From: an uncultured bacterium
GTDB taxonomy: Bacteria; Acidobacteriota; Thermoanaerobaculia; Multivoradales; JAHZIX01
Assembly (NCBI GenBank): GCA_965368975.1
Contig: CBDUPA010000024.1
Span: 16,790 to 80,789, forward strand
DNA: 64,000 bases
Direction of reading: 5' to 3'
Shown: positions 1-8,352 of the stretch, one piece after another
How positions within the stretch are numbered: the first letter of the stretch is position 1
How the letters are laid out: the number at the start of each line of letters is the position of its first letter
Notes under the pieces: model-generated
The model's database searches: none
The model's input: the letters and a program-made list of their open reading frames with translations, nothing else
What the model was told of the DNA's origin: nothing
Position numbers and translations under genes: made by a program

Positions 1-1189
1 ACGCTTCCAGGGACTGGCTGCCGTGTCGACGGCCGACGGTCAGTTCGGTCTGGATGTTCTGCAGGTTGTCCTTGCGGATGTGGTTGCGCACCGCGTAGTT
101 GGCCACCAGCATTTCGACTGCGGGCCGGCGGCCACCGCCGGGGCGGGGTACCAGCTGCTGGCAGACGACGGCATTCAGGCACAGTGCCAGCTGGTGGCGA
201 ATCTGTGCCTGCTGACCGGCGGGGAAGACGTCGACGATGCGGTGGACGGCCTGGGCGACGTCGTTGGTGTGCAGGGTGGAGAGGATCAGGTGGCCGGTTT
301 CGGCGGCGGTCAGAGCGGTGGCGATGGTCTCGAGGTCGCGCATCTCACCGACCAGGATGACATCCGGATCCTGGCGCAGGCAGGCACGCAGGGCACCGGC
401 GAAGTTACCGGCGTCGATGCCGATCTCGATTTGCTCGACGATGGCGCGCAGGTTGGCGTGCTCGTACTCGATCGGGTCTTCGATGGTCAGGATGTGTGCC
501 TCGCGGCTGCGGTTGATCTCGTGCACGAGGGCGGCCAGGGTCGAGGTCTTACCGGCACCGGTCGGACCGCAGATCAGCACCAGGCCGCGCAGCTTCTTGA
601 CCAGCTCGGCCATCGCCGGTGGCAGGTGAAGTTGGTCCAGCGTTGGCACTTCGGGCGGTAGGGCTCGCAGCGTGGCGGCCAGGCGTCCGCGCTGGCGGTG
701 CACGTTGACGCGGAAGCGACGGCGCTCGGGGCTGCCTTGCTTGCCACTCTCGAGGGTGGCAGAGGCGTCTTCGAGGCTGCAGGCGAGCGCGAAGTCGGCG
801 GCGCCGTGTTCGCGCAGCTGGTGGCGCAGGCGCTGGCTCAAGTGCGGCGCGAACAGCTCATCGACGCCGTCGCCTTCGAGGCGCGGCCGTTCGCTGCGCT
901 GCAGCCGACCGTCGATGCGCAGCACTGGTGGTTCACTTGCCACCAGTAGCAGGTCGCTGGCACCCCGCCGCACCATGTCGCGCAGCAGCGGAAACAGGGG
1001 GGAGTCCGGCTGCAGGTGGTGCAAACGCGGTGGGTCGAGCGGCGGCGTCGCTGCAACGGTGGTGGACGTCTGTGGGGCCACGGGGCTCTCCACATCGGCG
1101 TCTTGTGCACCGGCTTCCAGCGTGGAGGACCGTCGGTTGAGTTCGGCGACCAGGGCGTCGAGGCTGGTATCGCGGATCAGATCAGGCAT
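1..1189 (-). CDS. pilT: Type IV pilus retraction ATPase PilT-like (PilT/PilU family), truncated at window edge (C-terminus runs past position 1); roughly 60 aa N-terminal extension before the conserved PilT N-domain
   Basis: Minus-strand translation from the ATG at about 1187-1189 gives Walker A LICGPTGAGKTSTLAALV. It also gives HILTIEDPIEYEH, the PilT-characteristic FRVNVHRQRG, an Asp box and a His box (STLHTNDVAQAVHRIVDVFP). The plus-strand ORFs 23..661 and 237..629 are antisense artefacts of this gene. The gene is not in the ORF track because no stop codon lies inside the window. Confidence 0.75.
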   Translation of the reverse strand, partial: MPDLIRDTSLDALVAELNRRSSTLEAGAQDADVESPVAPQTSTTVAATPPLDPPRLHHLQPDSPLFPLLRDMVRRGASDLLLVASEPPVLRIDGRLQRSERPRLEGDGVDELFAPHLSQRLRHQLREHGAADFALACSLEDASATLESGKQGSPERRRFRVNVHRQRGRLAATLRALPPEVPTLDQLHLPPAMAELVKKLRGLVLICGPTGAGKTSTLAALVHEINRSREAHILTIEDPIEYEHANLRAIVEQIEIGIDAGNFAGALRACLRQDPDVILVGEMRDLETIATALTAAETGHLILSTLHTNDVAQAVHRIVDVFPAGQQAQIRHQLALCLNAVVCQQLVPRPGGGRRPAVEMLVANYAVRNHIRKDNLQNIQTELTVGRRHGSQSLEA

Positions 1190-1248
1190 GGTCTTGAGTC
1201 TACGGCCCTGGCTGGGGCCTTGTCACAGCTCGCCGTCACAACTCGCCG

Positions 1249-2061
1249 TCATAGCTCGATCACGCGCACCTGCCGGCGTTGCCAGTGTGCCTCGACCAGC
1301 GTCATGGTGAGGTCGCTGTCGCTGTCGTAGCGGCGATCGGGGATGCTGCGGCAGCGAATGGTGAAGGTCGTGCTGCCGGCGAGCGGGAACGGGGAAATGG
1401 CGAGCGTGTCGCCGTCGATCCGGAAGCGTGTGCCGTGACGCTCGATCTCGTGCGACCACTTGCCGAGACCACCGCTGCAGAGTGCCAGCGACATCAGGTC
1501 GGTCAGCTCCAGCCACACGTAGTCCGCGCGCACCTCGTCGAGCACCAGCTGGCGTGCTTCCTGGGCGTCGGCGTCGAGGTCTGTCTTCGCCCCTTCTGCG
1601 GCCGGCTCGATGCCGGCCACGCGGTCGAGCAGGGCGTCGTAGCGCGGGTCGAGGGCAGCGAAGAAGTCGTGGTAGGCGTCGTCCTGGCGTTCAGGAGTGT
1701 GCAAGCAGAGTGTGTGGTGCGCGATCAGCAGCGCGGCATAGGGGTGCTCGTCGGCGAATCGGTCCACCGCGCGCGCCCACAGCTCGGCACGCTCGTTCGT
1801 GGGATAAGTGTGTACGTTGTAGGGCACACCCGTGGCCGGGTCGACGCTGGGGGCGGCGTCCGGTTCGCGCCAGCCGTTGTCGTGCTCGCGTACCGCGAAC
1901 AGCAGTTCGGCGCGTCGCGGATGCTCGGGCAGACCGTCGCGGCGCCACAGGGATAGCAGCTCGGCGGCGAAGACCGCGTGCTCTGGTTGAGTGGTGAAAA
2001 CCAGCTGCGCGGTAGCAGGAAAGTCCGGGCGTGTCGCAGCGACCCTGTAGAAGATCATGTG
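1249..2061 (-). CDS. Hypothetical protein (about 270 aa), no confident family
   Basis: ORF 1249..2196 minus has protein-like composition (W, Y, H, F distributed; acidic and basic residues balanced). I placed the start at the only internal ATG (MIFYRVAAT...) because 2062..2196 is AT-richer leader-like sequence. The plus-strand ORFs on top of it are Arg/Ala/Gly antisense junk. Confidence 0.4.
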   Translation of the reverse strand, partial: HMIFYRVAATRPDFPATAQLVFTTQPEHAVFAAELLSLWRRDGLPEHPRRAELLFAVREHDNGWREPDAAPSVDPATGVPYNVHTYPTNERAELWARAVDRFADEHPYAALLIAHHTLCLHTPERQDDAYHDFFAALDPRYDALLDRVAGIEPAAEGAKTDLDADAQEARQLVLDEVRADYVWLELTDLMSLALCSGGLGKWSHEIERHGTRFRIDGDTLAISPFPLAGSTTFTIRCRSIPDRRYDSDSDLTMTLVEAHWQRRQVRVIEL

Positions 2062-2326
2062 CAAAAGCTCGGAATCGTTCGGCGGGGCTTCGAATCCATC
2101 GCGCTTTACGTTAGCATCTATCGTCGAATGGACTCTCGAGTGAGTTCGCCGAAGTTCCTTCGGTCGAACTGTCCCGCCAGGGTTCATTCCCGGCACTAGA
2201 GAAGTTGGTGCCCGGTGTGTGCGCGCAGCTGTCGAGACAACAGACCTCGGTGTGCGGATCTCCGGGTTGAAAAACTACCGAACCGATTACCAGCCCCGCG
2301 CAGCGGCGGTCATAGGAGGACTGAAA

Positions 2327-2578
2327 ATGGCCTGGGATGAGGAAGAGGACGACAAGACAATCTATCGTGTGGTGATCAACCACGAAGAGCAGTATTCCAT
2401 CTGGCCCGCGGATCGTGAGCTGCCTCTGGGGTGGAACGACGCTGGCAAGAGCGGCACCAAGCAGGAGTGCTTGGATCACATCGAAGAGGTGTGGACCGAC
2501 ATGCGCCCGCTCAGCTTGCGCAAGAAGATGGCAGAAGATGAGAAACGCCGCGCCGCTGAAGCTGCGCAGGAAAACTGA
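2327..2578 (+). CDS. MbtH-like protein (83 aa)
   Basis: Diagnostic MbtH motifs: [24 protein letters not shown] ... [19 protein letters not shown]. Strong RBS AGGAGGA 6 nt upstream of the ATG at 2327. The long ORF from 2219 is a 5' over-extension. Local GC is lower than the flanks. Confidence 0.75.
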   Translation: MAWDEEEDDKTIYRVVINHEEQYSIWPADRELPLGWNDAGKSGTKQECLDHIEEVWTDMRPLSLRKKMAEDEKRRAAEAAQEN

Positions 2579-2589
2579 GTGAGTTCACG

Positions 2590-2895
2590 ATGAGAAAATA
2601 CAGTAAGGCCTACTACCTGAAGGACCTGCGGGCCTTCCCGAACTGGAAGGAACTGGACCGCGAGGACAAGGACGAACTCAACGACGAGAGCATCGTCTAT
2701 GTGCAGGACAACCTGACCGTCGTGGTTGACGTCTTCAACGAGGAGGATTACCTCTACAACGACGTCAGCGACGATTGGAAGGCTTTCTGCAAGGACAAGC
2801 TCGAATTCGAGATCCCGGAAGACCTGCGCTATGCCTACGAGGAAGACGAAGAGGGTGGCGCGTCCGAAGGGAGTTCCGAGGGCGACGCCAACTGA
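2590..2895 (+). CDS. Small highly acidic hypothetical protein (101 aa), probably co-transcribed with the MbtH-like gene
   Basis: ORF 11 nt downstream of the MbtH-like stop on the same strand. Composition is dominated by D/E/Y/N/K (EDYLYNDVSDDWKAFCKDKLEFEIPEDLRYAYEEDEEGG). Lower GC than the surroundings. No recognisable family. Confidence 0.45.
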   Translation: MRKYSKAYYLKDLRAFPNWKELDREDKDELNDESIVYVQDNLTVVVDVFNEEDYLYNDVSDDWKAFCKDKLEFEIPEDLRYAYEEDEEGGASEGSSEGDAN

Positions 2896-3003
2896 GGCGT
2901 CCAGCGGACGAGCGTCTCGTGAGAGTTCGCCGTCGAAGCCTCCCCTCCCGGACCTGGGAGCGGGAGGCTTCTTGCTTTTTCGGGGTACTCGAGGACTGAA
3001 ACC

Positions 3004-3834
3004 ATGGCCACTTACGCGATCGGCGACATCCACGGCTGCTGGACCAGCCTGCGTACTCTGCTACGCCAGCTGCCGTTCGAACCGGCTCACGACCGGCTCT
3101 GGCTGGTCGGCGACCTGGTCAACCGCGGCCCGGACTCGCTGGCTGTGCTGCGCTGGGTCACCGAACTGTCGGCGGCGATGGGGGAGCGCCTGGTTGCGGT
3201 CTTGGGCAATCACGATCTACATCTACTGGCGCGCCACGCCGGACTGGTCGAGGCCAAGAACAAGGACACGCTGGAGACGGTGCTCGAAGCTCGTGACATC
3301 GACGATCTGGTTTCCTGGTTGCATGCGCGTCCCTTCCTGCACCTGGGTGGTGTCCACGCCGCCGCCGACCATCTGCTCGTGCATGCCGGCCTGCGTCCCA
3401 AGTGGACGGTGTCGAAGGCGATGGCCGCGGCGCGCAAGCTGGAAGCCGCCCACCGCGAGCCACGGCGGGCACGCGCGCTGCTGCAGCGCGATGCCAGCGG
3501 CGATCAGGCCGCTGGGCTGGCTGCAGGCCGGCGCAAGGCACAGGAGGCCTTCACCCTACTGCGCACGTGCACCGTGGACGGTGAGCTGTGCCACGGATTC
3601 AGCGGTCCGCCGCGAGAGGCGCCGAAAGGCTGCTTGCCTTGGTTCGACGTGCCGGGCCGGCGATCGACGCTGGAGCAGGGGGGTGTTGCCGTGGTGTGTG
3701 GCCATTGGGCGGCGCTCGGTCGGCTGCTGCGCAAGGATCTCGTGGCGCTCGACAGTGCTTGTGTCTGGGGCGGTGCACTGACCGCCGTGCGTCTCGACGA
3801 CCGAAGGGTCTTCAAGCAGAAGGCGCTGGAGTAG
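3004..3834 (+). CDS. apaH: Bis(5'-nucleosyl)-tetraphosphatase (symmetrical), ApaH
   Basis: N-terminus MATYAIGDIHGCWTSL...WLVGDLVNRGPDSL...LGNHDLHLL matches the ApaH metallophosphatase motifs (GDxHG, GDxxxRG, GNH[DE]) almost residue for residue with enterobacterial ApaH. The C-terminus has the ApaH-type GHWA...CxWGG. RBS GAGGA 8 nt upstream. Confidence 0.85.
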   Translation: MATYAIGDIHGCWTSLRTLLRQLPFEPAHDRLWLVGDLVNRGPDSLAVLRWVTELSAAMGERLVAVLGNHDLHLLARHAGLVEAKNKDTLETVLEARDIDDLVSWLHARPFLHLGGVHAAADHLLVHAGLRPKWTVSKAMAAARKLEAAHREPRRARALLQRDASGDQAAGLAAGRRKAQEAFTLLRTCTVDGELCHGFSGPPREAPKGCLPWFDVPGRRSTLEQGGVAVVCGHWAALGRLLRKDLVALDSACVWGGALTAVRLDDRRVFKQKALE

Positions 3835-5296
3835 CCGCCGCCCGCACCGCCGCTAGCAGCGCCTCGTCGTCGTCCGGGTCGACGGTGCGTAGGTCGAGGA
3901 TCAGTACCTCTCCGCGCACGTAGCCCATCACCGGTGTTGCTCCCTGCCGCAGCCGTGCCGCGAACTCGTTCGGAGAGACGCGGCTGTCGGCAGATCCTGG
4001 CTTTTGGCCAGCTCCCTGTTCCTTGCGAAGGGGGGCTCGCACACCCAGAGCCTGGCCTGGGATCGGGCTCTCGGGCGCTGAGCCGCCACCGAGGTAGGCG
4101 TCGGCCTGCAAGATCTCCGTCTCGACGCCGCCGCGGCGCAGTGTCTCGGCGGCACGTTGCAGCCGCTCCTGGTGGGCCTCGGTGTCCGGCCACAGGCGAT
4201 CGAGGGGCATCGGTGCACCCGCCAGGTGCCGGCGCAGGACGGCCTCCAGCGTCGCCAGCACCGTGCGGTCCGGGCGTAGCGCTCGGTACAACGGGTGCTG
4301 GCGGCAGCGCCGGACCAGGTCTGCGCGACCGACCAGCAAGCCGGCCTGCGGTCCGCCGAGCAGCTTGTCGCCACTGCCGCAGGCCAGGTCGCAGCCATCG
4401 GCGATCAACTGTTGCAGGCTGGCGTGATCCCGCAGCTGTGGTGACGCGTGCGGGCGCGGCAGGCCGCTGCCTTCGTCGACCAGCAGAGGCACGTCGTGGC
4501 GCCGGGCCAGCTCGGCCAGCTGGCGTGGCGACGCGGCCTGCGTGAATCCCTCGATCCGGTAGTTGCTCGGGAAGACCTTGAGCAGCAGGCCGGTGTCGTC
4601 ATGCAGGCGTGCTGCGTAGTCGCCCAGACGCGTGCGATTGGTGGTCCCGACCTCAGCCAGGCGGGCACCGGACATCTCGAGGATGTCCGGGATGCGAAAC
4701 GAGCCGCCGATCTCCACCAATTCGCCGCGCGACACCAGCACCTCGCGCCCCTTGGCCAGCGTGCTCAGCACGAGCACCATGGCAGCGGCGTTGTTGTTGA
4801 CCACGAGGCCGGCGTCGGCGCCGGTGAGTGCGGCGAGTAGCTGCCCGACCCGCTGGTTCCGGTCGCTGCGGCGGCCGGTGGATAGATCGACCTCGAGGTC
4901 ACAGTAGGCGTCGAGGAAGGGGGGCAGAGAGGCCGTTACTGCACGCGGCAGCGGAGCACGGCCGAGGTTGGTGTGCAGCAGGATGCCGGTGGCGTTGAGC
5001 ACGCGGCGCAGCGGCGTTCCGAGGGCTGCCTCCAGGCGCCGTGCCAGCACTTGCGCGGGAGTCCGTTCGAGTTCACGCAAGGCGTCGCCCGCGTCACCTC
5101 CCTGCTGCAACGTGCGGCGCAAGGCGTCGAGTTCGAGTCGAGCTTGGACCCGTACTTGGTCCCGACCGTATAATGCTACGAGGTTCGCCACCGCCGGATC
5201 GTCGAGCAGCCGGTTGACCGCCGGCAAATGCCGACGCCGGTCGTCGGTTCTCGCCGATTCGGTGTCCGTAGAAATCTCGCTCATCGCTTGAGGCAT
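3812..5296 (-). CDS. selA: L-seryl-tRNA(Sec) selenium transferase (selenocysteine synthase) SelA
   Basis: Contains the SelA hallmarks NATGILLHTNLGRAPL and VVNNNAAA, plus the PLP-lysine region. Length about 490 aa. Overlaps the apaH 3' end convergently by 23 bp. Start could instead be the ATG at 5284 (MSEIS). Confidence 0.85.
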   Translation of the reverse strand: MPQAMSEISTDTESARTDDRRRHLPAVNRLLDDPAVANLVALYGRDQVRVQARLELDALRRTLQQGGDAGDALRELERTPAQVLARRLEAALGTPLRRVLNATGILLHTNLGRAPLPRAVTASLPPFLDAYCDLEVDLSTGRRSDRNQRVGQLLAALTGADAGLVVNNNAAAMVLVLSTLAKGREVLVSRGELVEIGGSFRIPDILEMSGARLAEVGTTNRTRLGDYAARLHDDTGLLLKVFPSNYRIEGFTQAASPRQLAELARRHDVPLLVDEGSGLPRPHASPQLRDHASLQQLIADGCDLACGSGDKLLGGPQAGLLVGRADLVRRCRQHPLYRALRPDRTVLATLEAVLRRHLAGAPMPLDRLWPDTEAHQERLQRAAETLRRGGVETEILQADAYLGGGSAPESPIPGQALGVRAPLRKEQGAGQKPGSADSRVSPNEFAARLRQGATPVMGYVRGEVLILDLRTVDPDDDEALLAAVRAAATPAPSA

Positions 5297-5304
5297 TGTA
5301 GATC

Positions 5305-5976
5305 ATGGACCCATACAAGCCCTATCGGTCGCAGAACGCGCCCGCGCCCGCCGGCTACGATCCGACCAAGCCGTATCGCCAGCAGCTGCACGACGAGCAG
5401 CAGCAGCGCAAGGATTCTCTGGGGCGCCCCATCCACATGGGAGAGATCGAGGCGCTGGAGCGAGCCTTCAAGGAGCTGCAGGTCGAGTACGAGAAGTTCT
5501 TCAATGGGGCGAGCGAGATTCCACCCGAAGAGATGCGCCAGAAGCTGCAGACGCAGCTGCGCCGCTTGCGCAACCAGCCTCTGAGTTCGACCGAGAGCTT
5601 CCGTCTCGGCACTTTCGAGGGCAAGTTCAACAGCTACACCGAGATGTTCAACCGCCGCATGCGCCTGATGGAAGAAGGCCGCACGCGGATTGGTACCGTG
5701 CGCACGACGGCGGTGTCCAAGGAGCGTGCGGCACACGATCCACAGCGCGGTGTCGTCATTGGCGACAGCGTCGATGCCGGCGCCGCGGAGGCGCTCTATA
5801 GTGGTTTGGCGGCCGGCTCCAATCCGCCGAAGTTCGACCTCGACAGCTTCAACACCTATCTCCAGCGTCAAGCCGAGCAGATTCGCCAGAAGACGGGTGC
5901 CGCTCAGGTGCAGTTCCGGCTGGAGCAGGACGATGGCGGCAAGATGCGCCTGAAGGCGCGGCCGCTGCGTTCTTGA
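5305..5976 (+). CDS. Hypothetical protein (223 aa), Gln/Glu/Lys-rich, probably helical
   Basis: Coding-like composition (K, E, Q, F, Y, N, M), in contrast to the overlapping minus ORF 5281..6168, which is Arg/Leu/Ala antisense junk. Diverges from selA with only 8 bp between the two start codons. Confidence 0.5.
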   Translation: MDPYKPYRSQNAPAPAGYDPTKPYRQQLHDEQQQRKDSLGRPIHMGEIEALERAFKELQVEYEKFFNGASEIPPEEMRQKLQTQLRRLRNQPLSSTESFRLGTFEGKFNSYTEMFNRRMRLMEEGRTRIGTVRTTAVSKERAAHDPQRGVVIGDSVDAGAAEALYSGLAAGSNPPKFDLDSFNTYLQRQAEQIRQKTGAAQVQFRLEQDDGGKMRLKARPLRS

Positions 5977-6079
5977 AAGCCCGTTCCTGAATCGATCCAA
6001 GATGATCCGAGTTGCTACATCGCGATCCGAGAAATGAGAGTTCGGCGCCCCGGTGCCGGCCGATAGGAGATCTCCTCCC

Positions 6080-7072
6080 TTGCGTAAAATCATCCTCCGT
6101 ACCTGCTGCCTCGCCGCCGGTTTCGGCCTTGCCGTCTCCCTGACGGTGGCCTCGCCGGCGCCACCCAACCTCCAACGTGCGCTGGAAGTTCAGCAGACTC
6201 TGGCCGCGCAGCGTCCAAGCGATGCCGACACGCTCAACGACCTGGGCAATCTGCTACTTCTGGCCGGCCGCCTGGGCGAGGCCGAGAGTGCCTACCGCCG
6301 CGCCATCGAGCTCGATGCCCAGCACGCTGGCTACTATTACAACCTGGCGTTGTTGCTCGACCGTCGCGGGGATGGTGCCGGCGCGCGCAAGGCCCTGGAA
6401 GAAGCGGTTCGGCTCGATCCCGAGCACGCTTGGGCGTTCTACCAGTTGGGCACCGTGCTGCACGGGCAGGGTCTGGTCAACGCCGCGGTGAAGGCCTACG
6501 CCGAGGCGCTCTTCCTCGACCCCAACCTGGCGTCCAGTCGCGTCAATCCGCACGTGATCGAGAATCCCCTGCTCACCGAGGCCATGATCTTGGCCTACCG
6601 CAAGACCTCGACGCAGCCGCTGGCACCGCGGGACTACGAAGATCCGCAGCGCATTGCCGAGCTGATGGTGCAGTTGGAGTTCACCGACGACCAGCGGGCG
6701 GCGGGGGAGCCAGCCAGCGACACCAGCGCGCGGCCTGATCGGCCACGTTCGACGATGGCGCCAGGCGACGAGGAGGCAGAGGGTGCACTCGATGAAGATG
6801 CAGAGGAGCGGGCACGCTCGGGTGGCGGTTCCCTGACCGTCAGCGGTAGCACGGTAGGTGCCGATGCTGCGACCAGTGACACGGCTCCCGGCACGCGCGT
6901 GCGTGGCCTGACCACGCGCAGCCTACGCACCGAACCGAATGCCGGTGGCGCAGCTCCCAATGCCGTGCGTCCGCCGCGCGGTACACGCTACGTGCCGCGC
7001 AGCACGGGCAGCCTGGAACTGCAGTTGCTACCCGGACCAGGCCAGCAGAAAGACGAAGATCGGCAGACGTGA
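6080..7072 (+). CDS. Secreted tetratricopeptide-repeat protein with disordered acidic C-terminal tail
   Basis: TTG start at 6080 with RBS AGGAGA 9 nt upstream gives the signal peptide MRKIILRTCCLAAGFGLAVSLTVASPA. Three to four TPR units follow (LNDLGNLLLLAGRLGEAESAYRRAIELDAQHAGYYYNLALLL..., AWAFYQLGTVLHGQG...AVKAYAEAL). The C-terminal third is low complexity. Confidence 0.6.
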   Translation: MRKIILRTCCLAAGFGLAVSLTVASPAPPNLQRALEVQQTLAAQRPSDADTLNDLGNLLLLAGRLGEAESAYRRAIELDAQHAGYYYNLALLLDRRGDGAGARKALEEAVRLDPEHAWAFYQLGTVLHGQGLVNAAVKAYAEALFLDPNLASSRVNPHVIENPLLTEAMILAYRKTSTQPLAPRDYEDPQRIAELMVQLEFTDDQRAAGEPASDTSARPDRPRSTMAPGDEEAEGALDEDAEERARSGGGSLTVSGSTVGADAATSDTAPGTRVRGLTTRSLRTEPNAGGAAPNAVRPPRGTRYVPRSTGSLELQLLPGPGQQKDEDRQT

Positions 7073-7151
7073 GTTCCGGCTCCGAGGAAACTCCCCTCTG
7101 GGTAGGGGTACCCCCGTGTGGGTGCCCCACGGTATAGCCACATCCGATATC

Positions 7152-8024
7152 TCACTCCAGCGCGTCGAGGAACTTCAGCAGATCTCGCACGAACGCGTCC
7201 GGCTGATCCAGGAAGGGCCAGTGGCCGGCATGCGCGATCGGCCAGTACTCGACGCCCGCCTCGCGCAGCCGCGAGCGCGAGAACTCGCCGGTGCCGCGTG
7301 GATCGCCGAGCAGGTAGATCTGCGGCAGCGTCAGATTCGCCAGGCGTGCCGCCAACTCGCCGGTGTCGGACACCGCGGCGCCGGGTTCGGCCGCCTTCGA
7401 CAGGGCGACCAGGTCCAGGCTGTTGCGGTGGTACTGCCGCGGGTCGCACAGGCGCAGGCTCGGGTAGTAGGTGCGTAGCGCCAGGTCTTCGACGCCGTCG
7501 AGATAGAGCTGCTGGGCGATCGCCGCGAAGCCGTTGTTCACGAAATCGGCCAGCGAGTAGGCTGCCGCCTTGCTGCTGAAGCCGCAATCGTCGAGCGAGA
7601 TGTTGCCCTCGACGTTGACGAAGGCGCGTACCAGCTCCGGTGCGCGCTCGCACAGCAGCAACCCGAGGACGCCGCCCATCGAATGTCCGACCAGTACCAC
7701 CGGTGCCTCACCGCGGCCGCGCAGCCAGGCGGCGAGGAGGTCGGCGAGGCCGTCGAGGTCGAGGGGCTGCTCGCGCCAGGGGGTCTTGCCATAGCCCGGC
7801 AGGTCGACCGCCAGCTGCCGCCAAGCTGCCAGCCGCGGATCGGCCAGCTGGTTCTCGAAGCCAAGGCCGGATTCTCCCAGGCCATGGATGTAGAGCAGCG
7901 TGCCGAGGGGTTGGGTGCCGAGGGGCTGCGCATCCGCGGCAGCGGCCTCGCACGTGCTGCGCAAGTAGAGGCCGTCTGTGAAGCCATGCTGTACCAGGCC
8001 GTTTCGTACCTTGATCGACTCCAA
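7152..8024 (-). CDS. Alpha/beta-fold hydrolase
   Basis: Nucleophile elbow VGHSMGG, HG oxyanion motif (LLYIHGLGESG), and a C-terminal His (AHAGHWPF). The start is a TTG with RBS AAGGAG 7 nt upstream. Confidence 0.7.
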   Translation of the reverse strand: MESIKVRNGLVQHGFTDGLYLRSTCEAAAADAQPLGTQPLGTLLYIHGLGESGLGFENQLADPRLAAWRQLAVDLPGYGKTPWREQPLDLDGLADLLAAWLRGRGEAPVVLVGHSMGGVLGLLLCERAPELVRAFVNVEGNISLDDCGFSSKAAAYSLADFVNNGFAAIAQQLYLDGVEDLALRTYYPSLRLCDPRQYHRNSLDLVALSKAAEPGAAVSDTGELAARLANLTLPQIYLLGDPRGTGEFSRSRLREAGVEYWPIAHAGHWPFLDQPDAFVRDLLKFLDALE

Positions 8025-8352
8025 GAGTGAACTCCTTTCGCAGCGATTCTACCGGTGTGGCCTCGAAGATGACACGATTCCTTGCTTCATGAATAGTCTT
8101 ATGCTAATTTCTCTATGTCTCATCCTCTCCGACGAGTCACCCGAAGCTGGTTCGAGGCTTCGTGTCTGGGAGGAGGGACCCCATACAGTCATCCCACCCC
8201 GTTTCCTGCCCCATCCGGCGGCGAGCGTCAGGCTTCATTGTCTGGCTCGCCGCTCTTGCCGTATGCCTGGGAATCGCCGCGCTTGCATCGAAGGTTCCGG
8301 CGCGGGCGCCGTGGCCGCAGGTGGAATCGAGGTTTGCTAAGCTGTCGCGGCC

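Noticed and set aside
23-1330. Plus-strand ORFs 23..661, 237..629, 672..1310 and 1016..1330 at the start of the window
   Set aside because: They are antisense to a clearly recognisable pilT-like gene (Walker A, Asp box and His box read on the minus strand). Their translations are Gly/Ala/Arg/Val-rich, as expected from GC-rich antisense frames.
2726-3781. 351-aa plus-strand ORF overlapping apaH in another frame, and minus ORFs 3158..3541 and 3504..4193
   Set aside because: apaH is unambiguous in its own frame. The alternatives are Arg/Ser/Pro-rich with no motifs, the typical out-of-frame product of a 70% GC gene.
5281-6168. 295-aa minus-strand ORF overlapping the hypothetical gene 5305..5976
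   Set aside because: Its translation is Arg/Leu/Ala/Gly-dominated, whereas the plus-strand frame has balanced coding-like composition (K, E, Q, F, Y, N, M). I kept the plus-strand call.
8025-8352. 328-bp intergenic region with an AT-rich patch; checked for a tRNA or a small RNA
   Set aside because: I found no cloverleaf-compatible sequence and no conserved tRNA boxes. It most likely holds divergent promoters for the hydrolase and MTTase genes. The same applies to the 269-bp spacer at 47955..48223.
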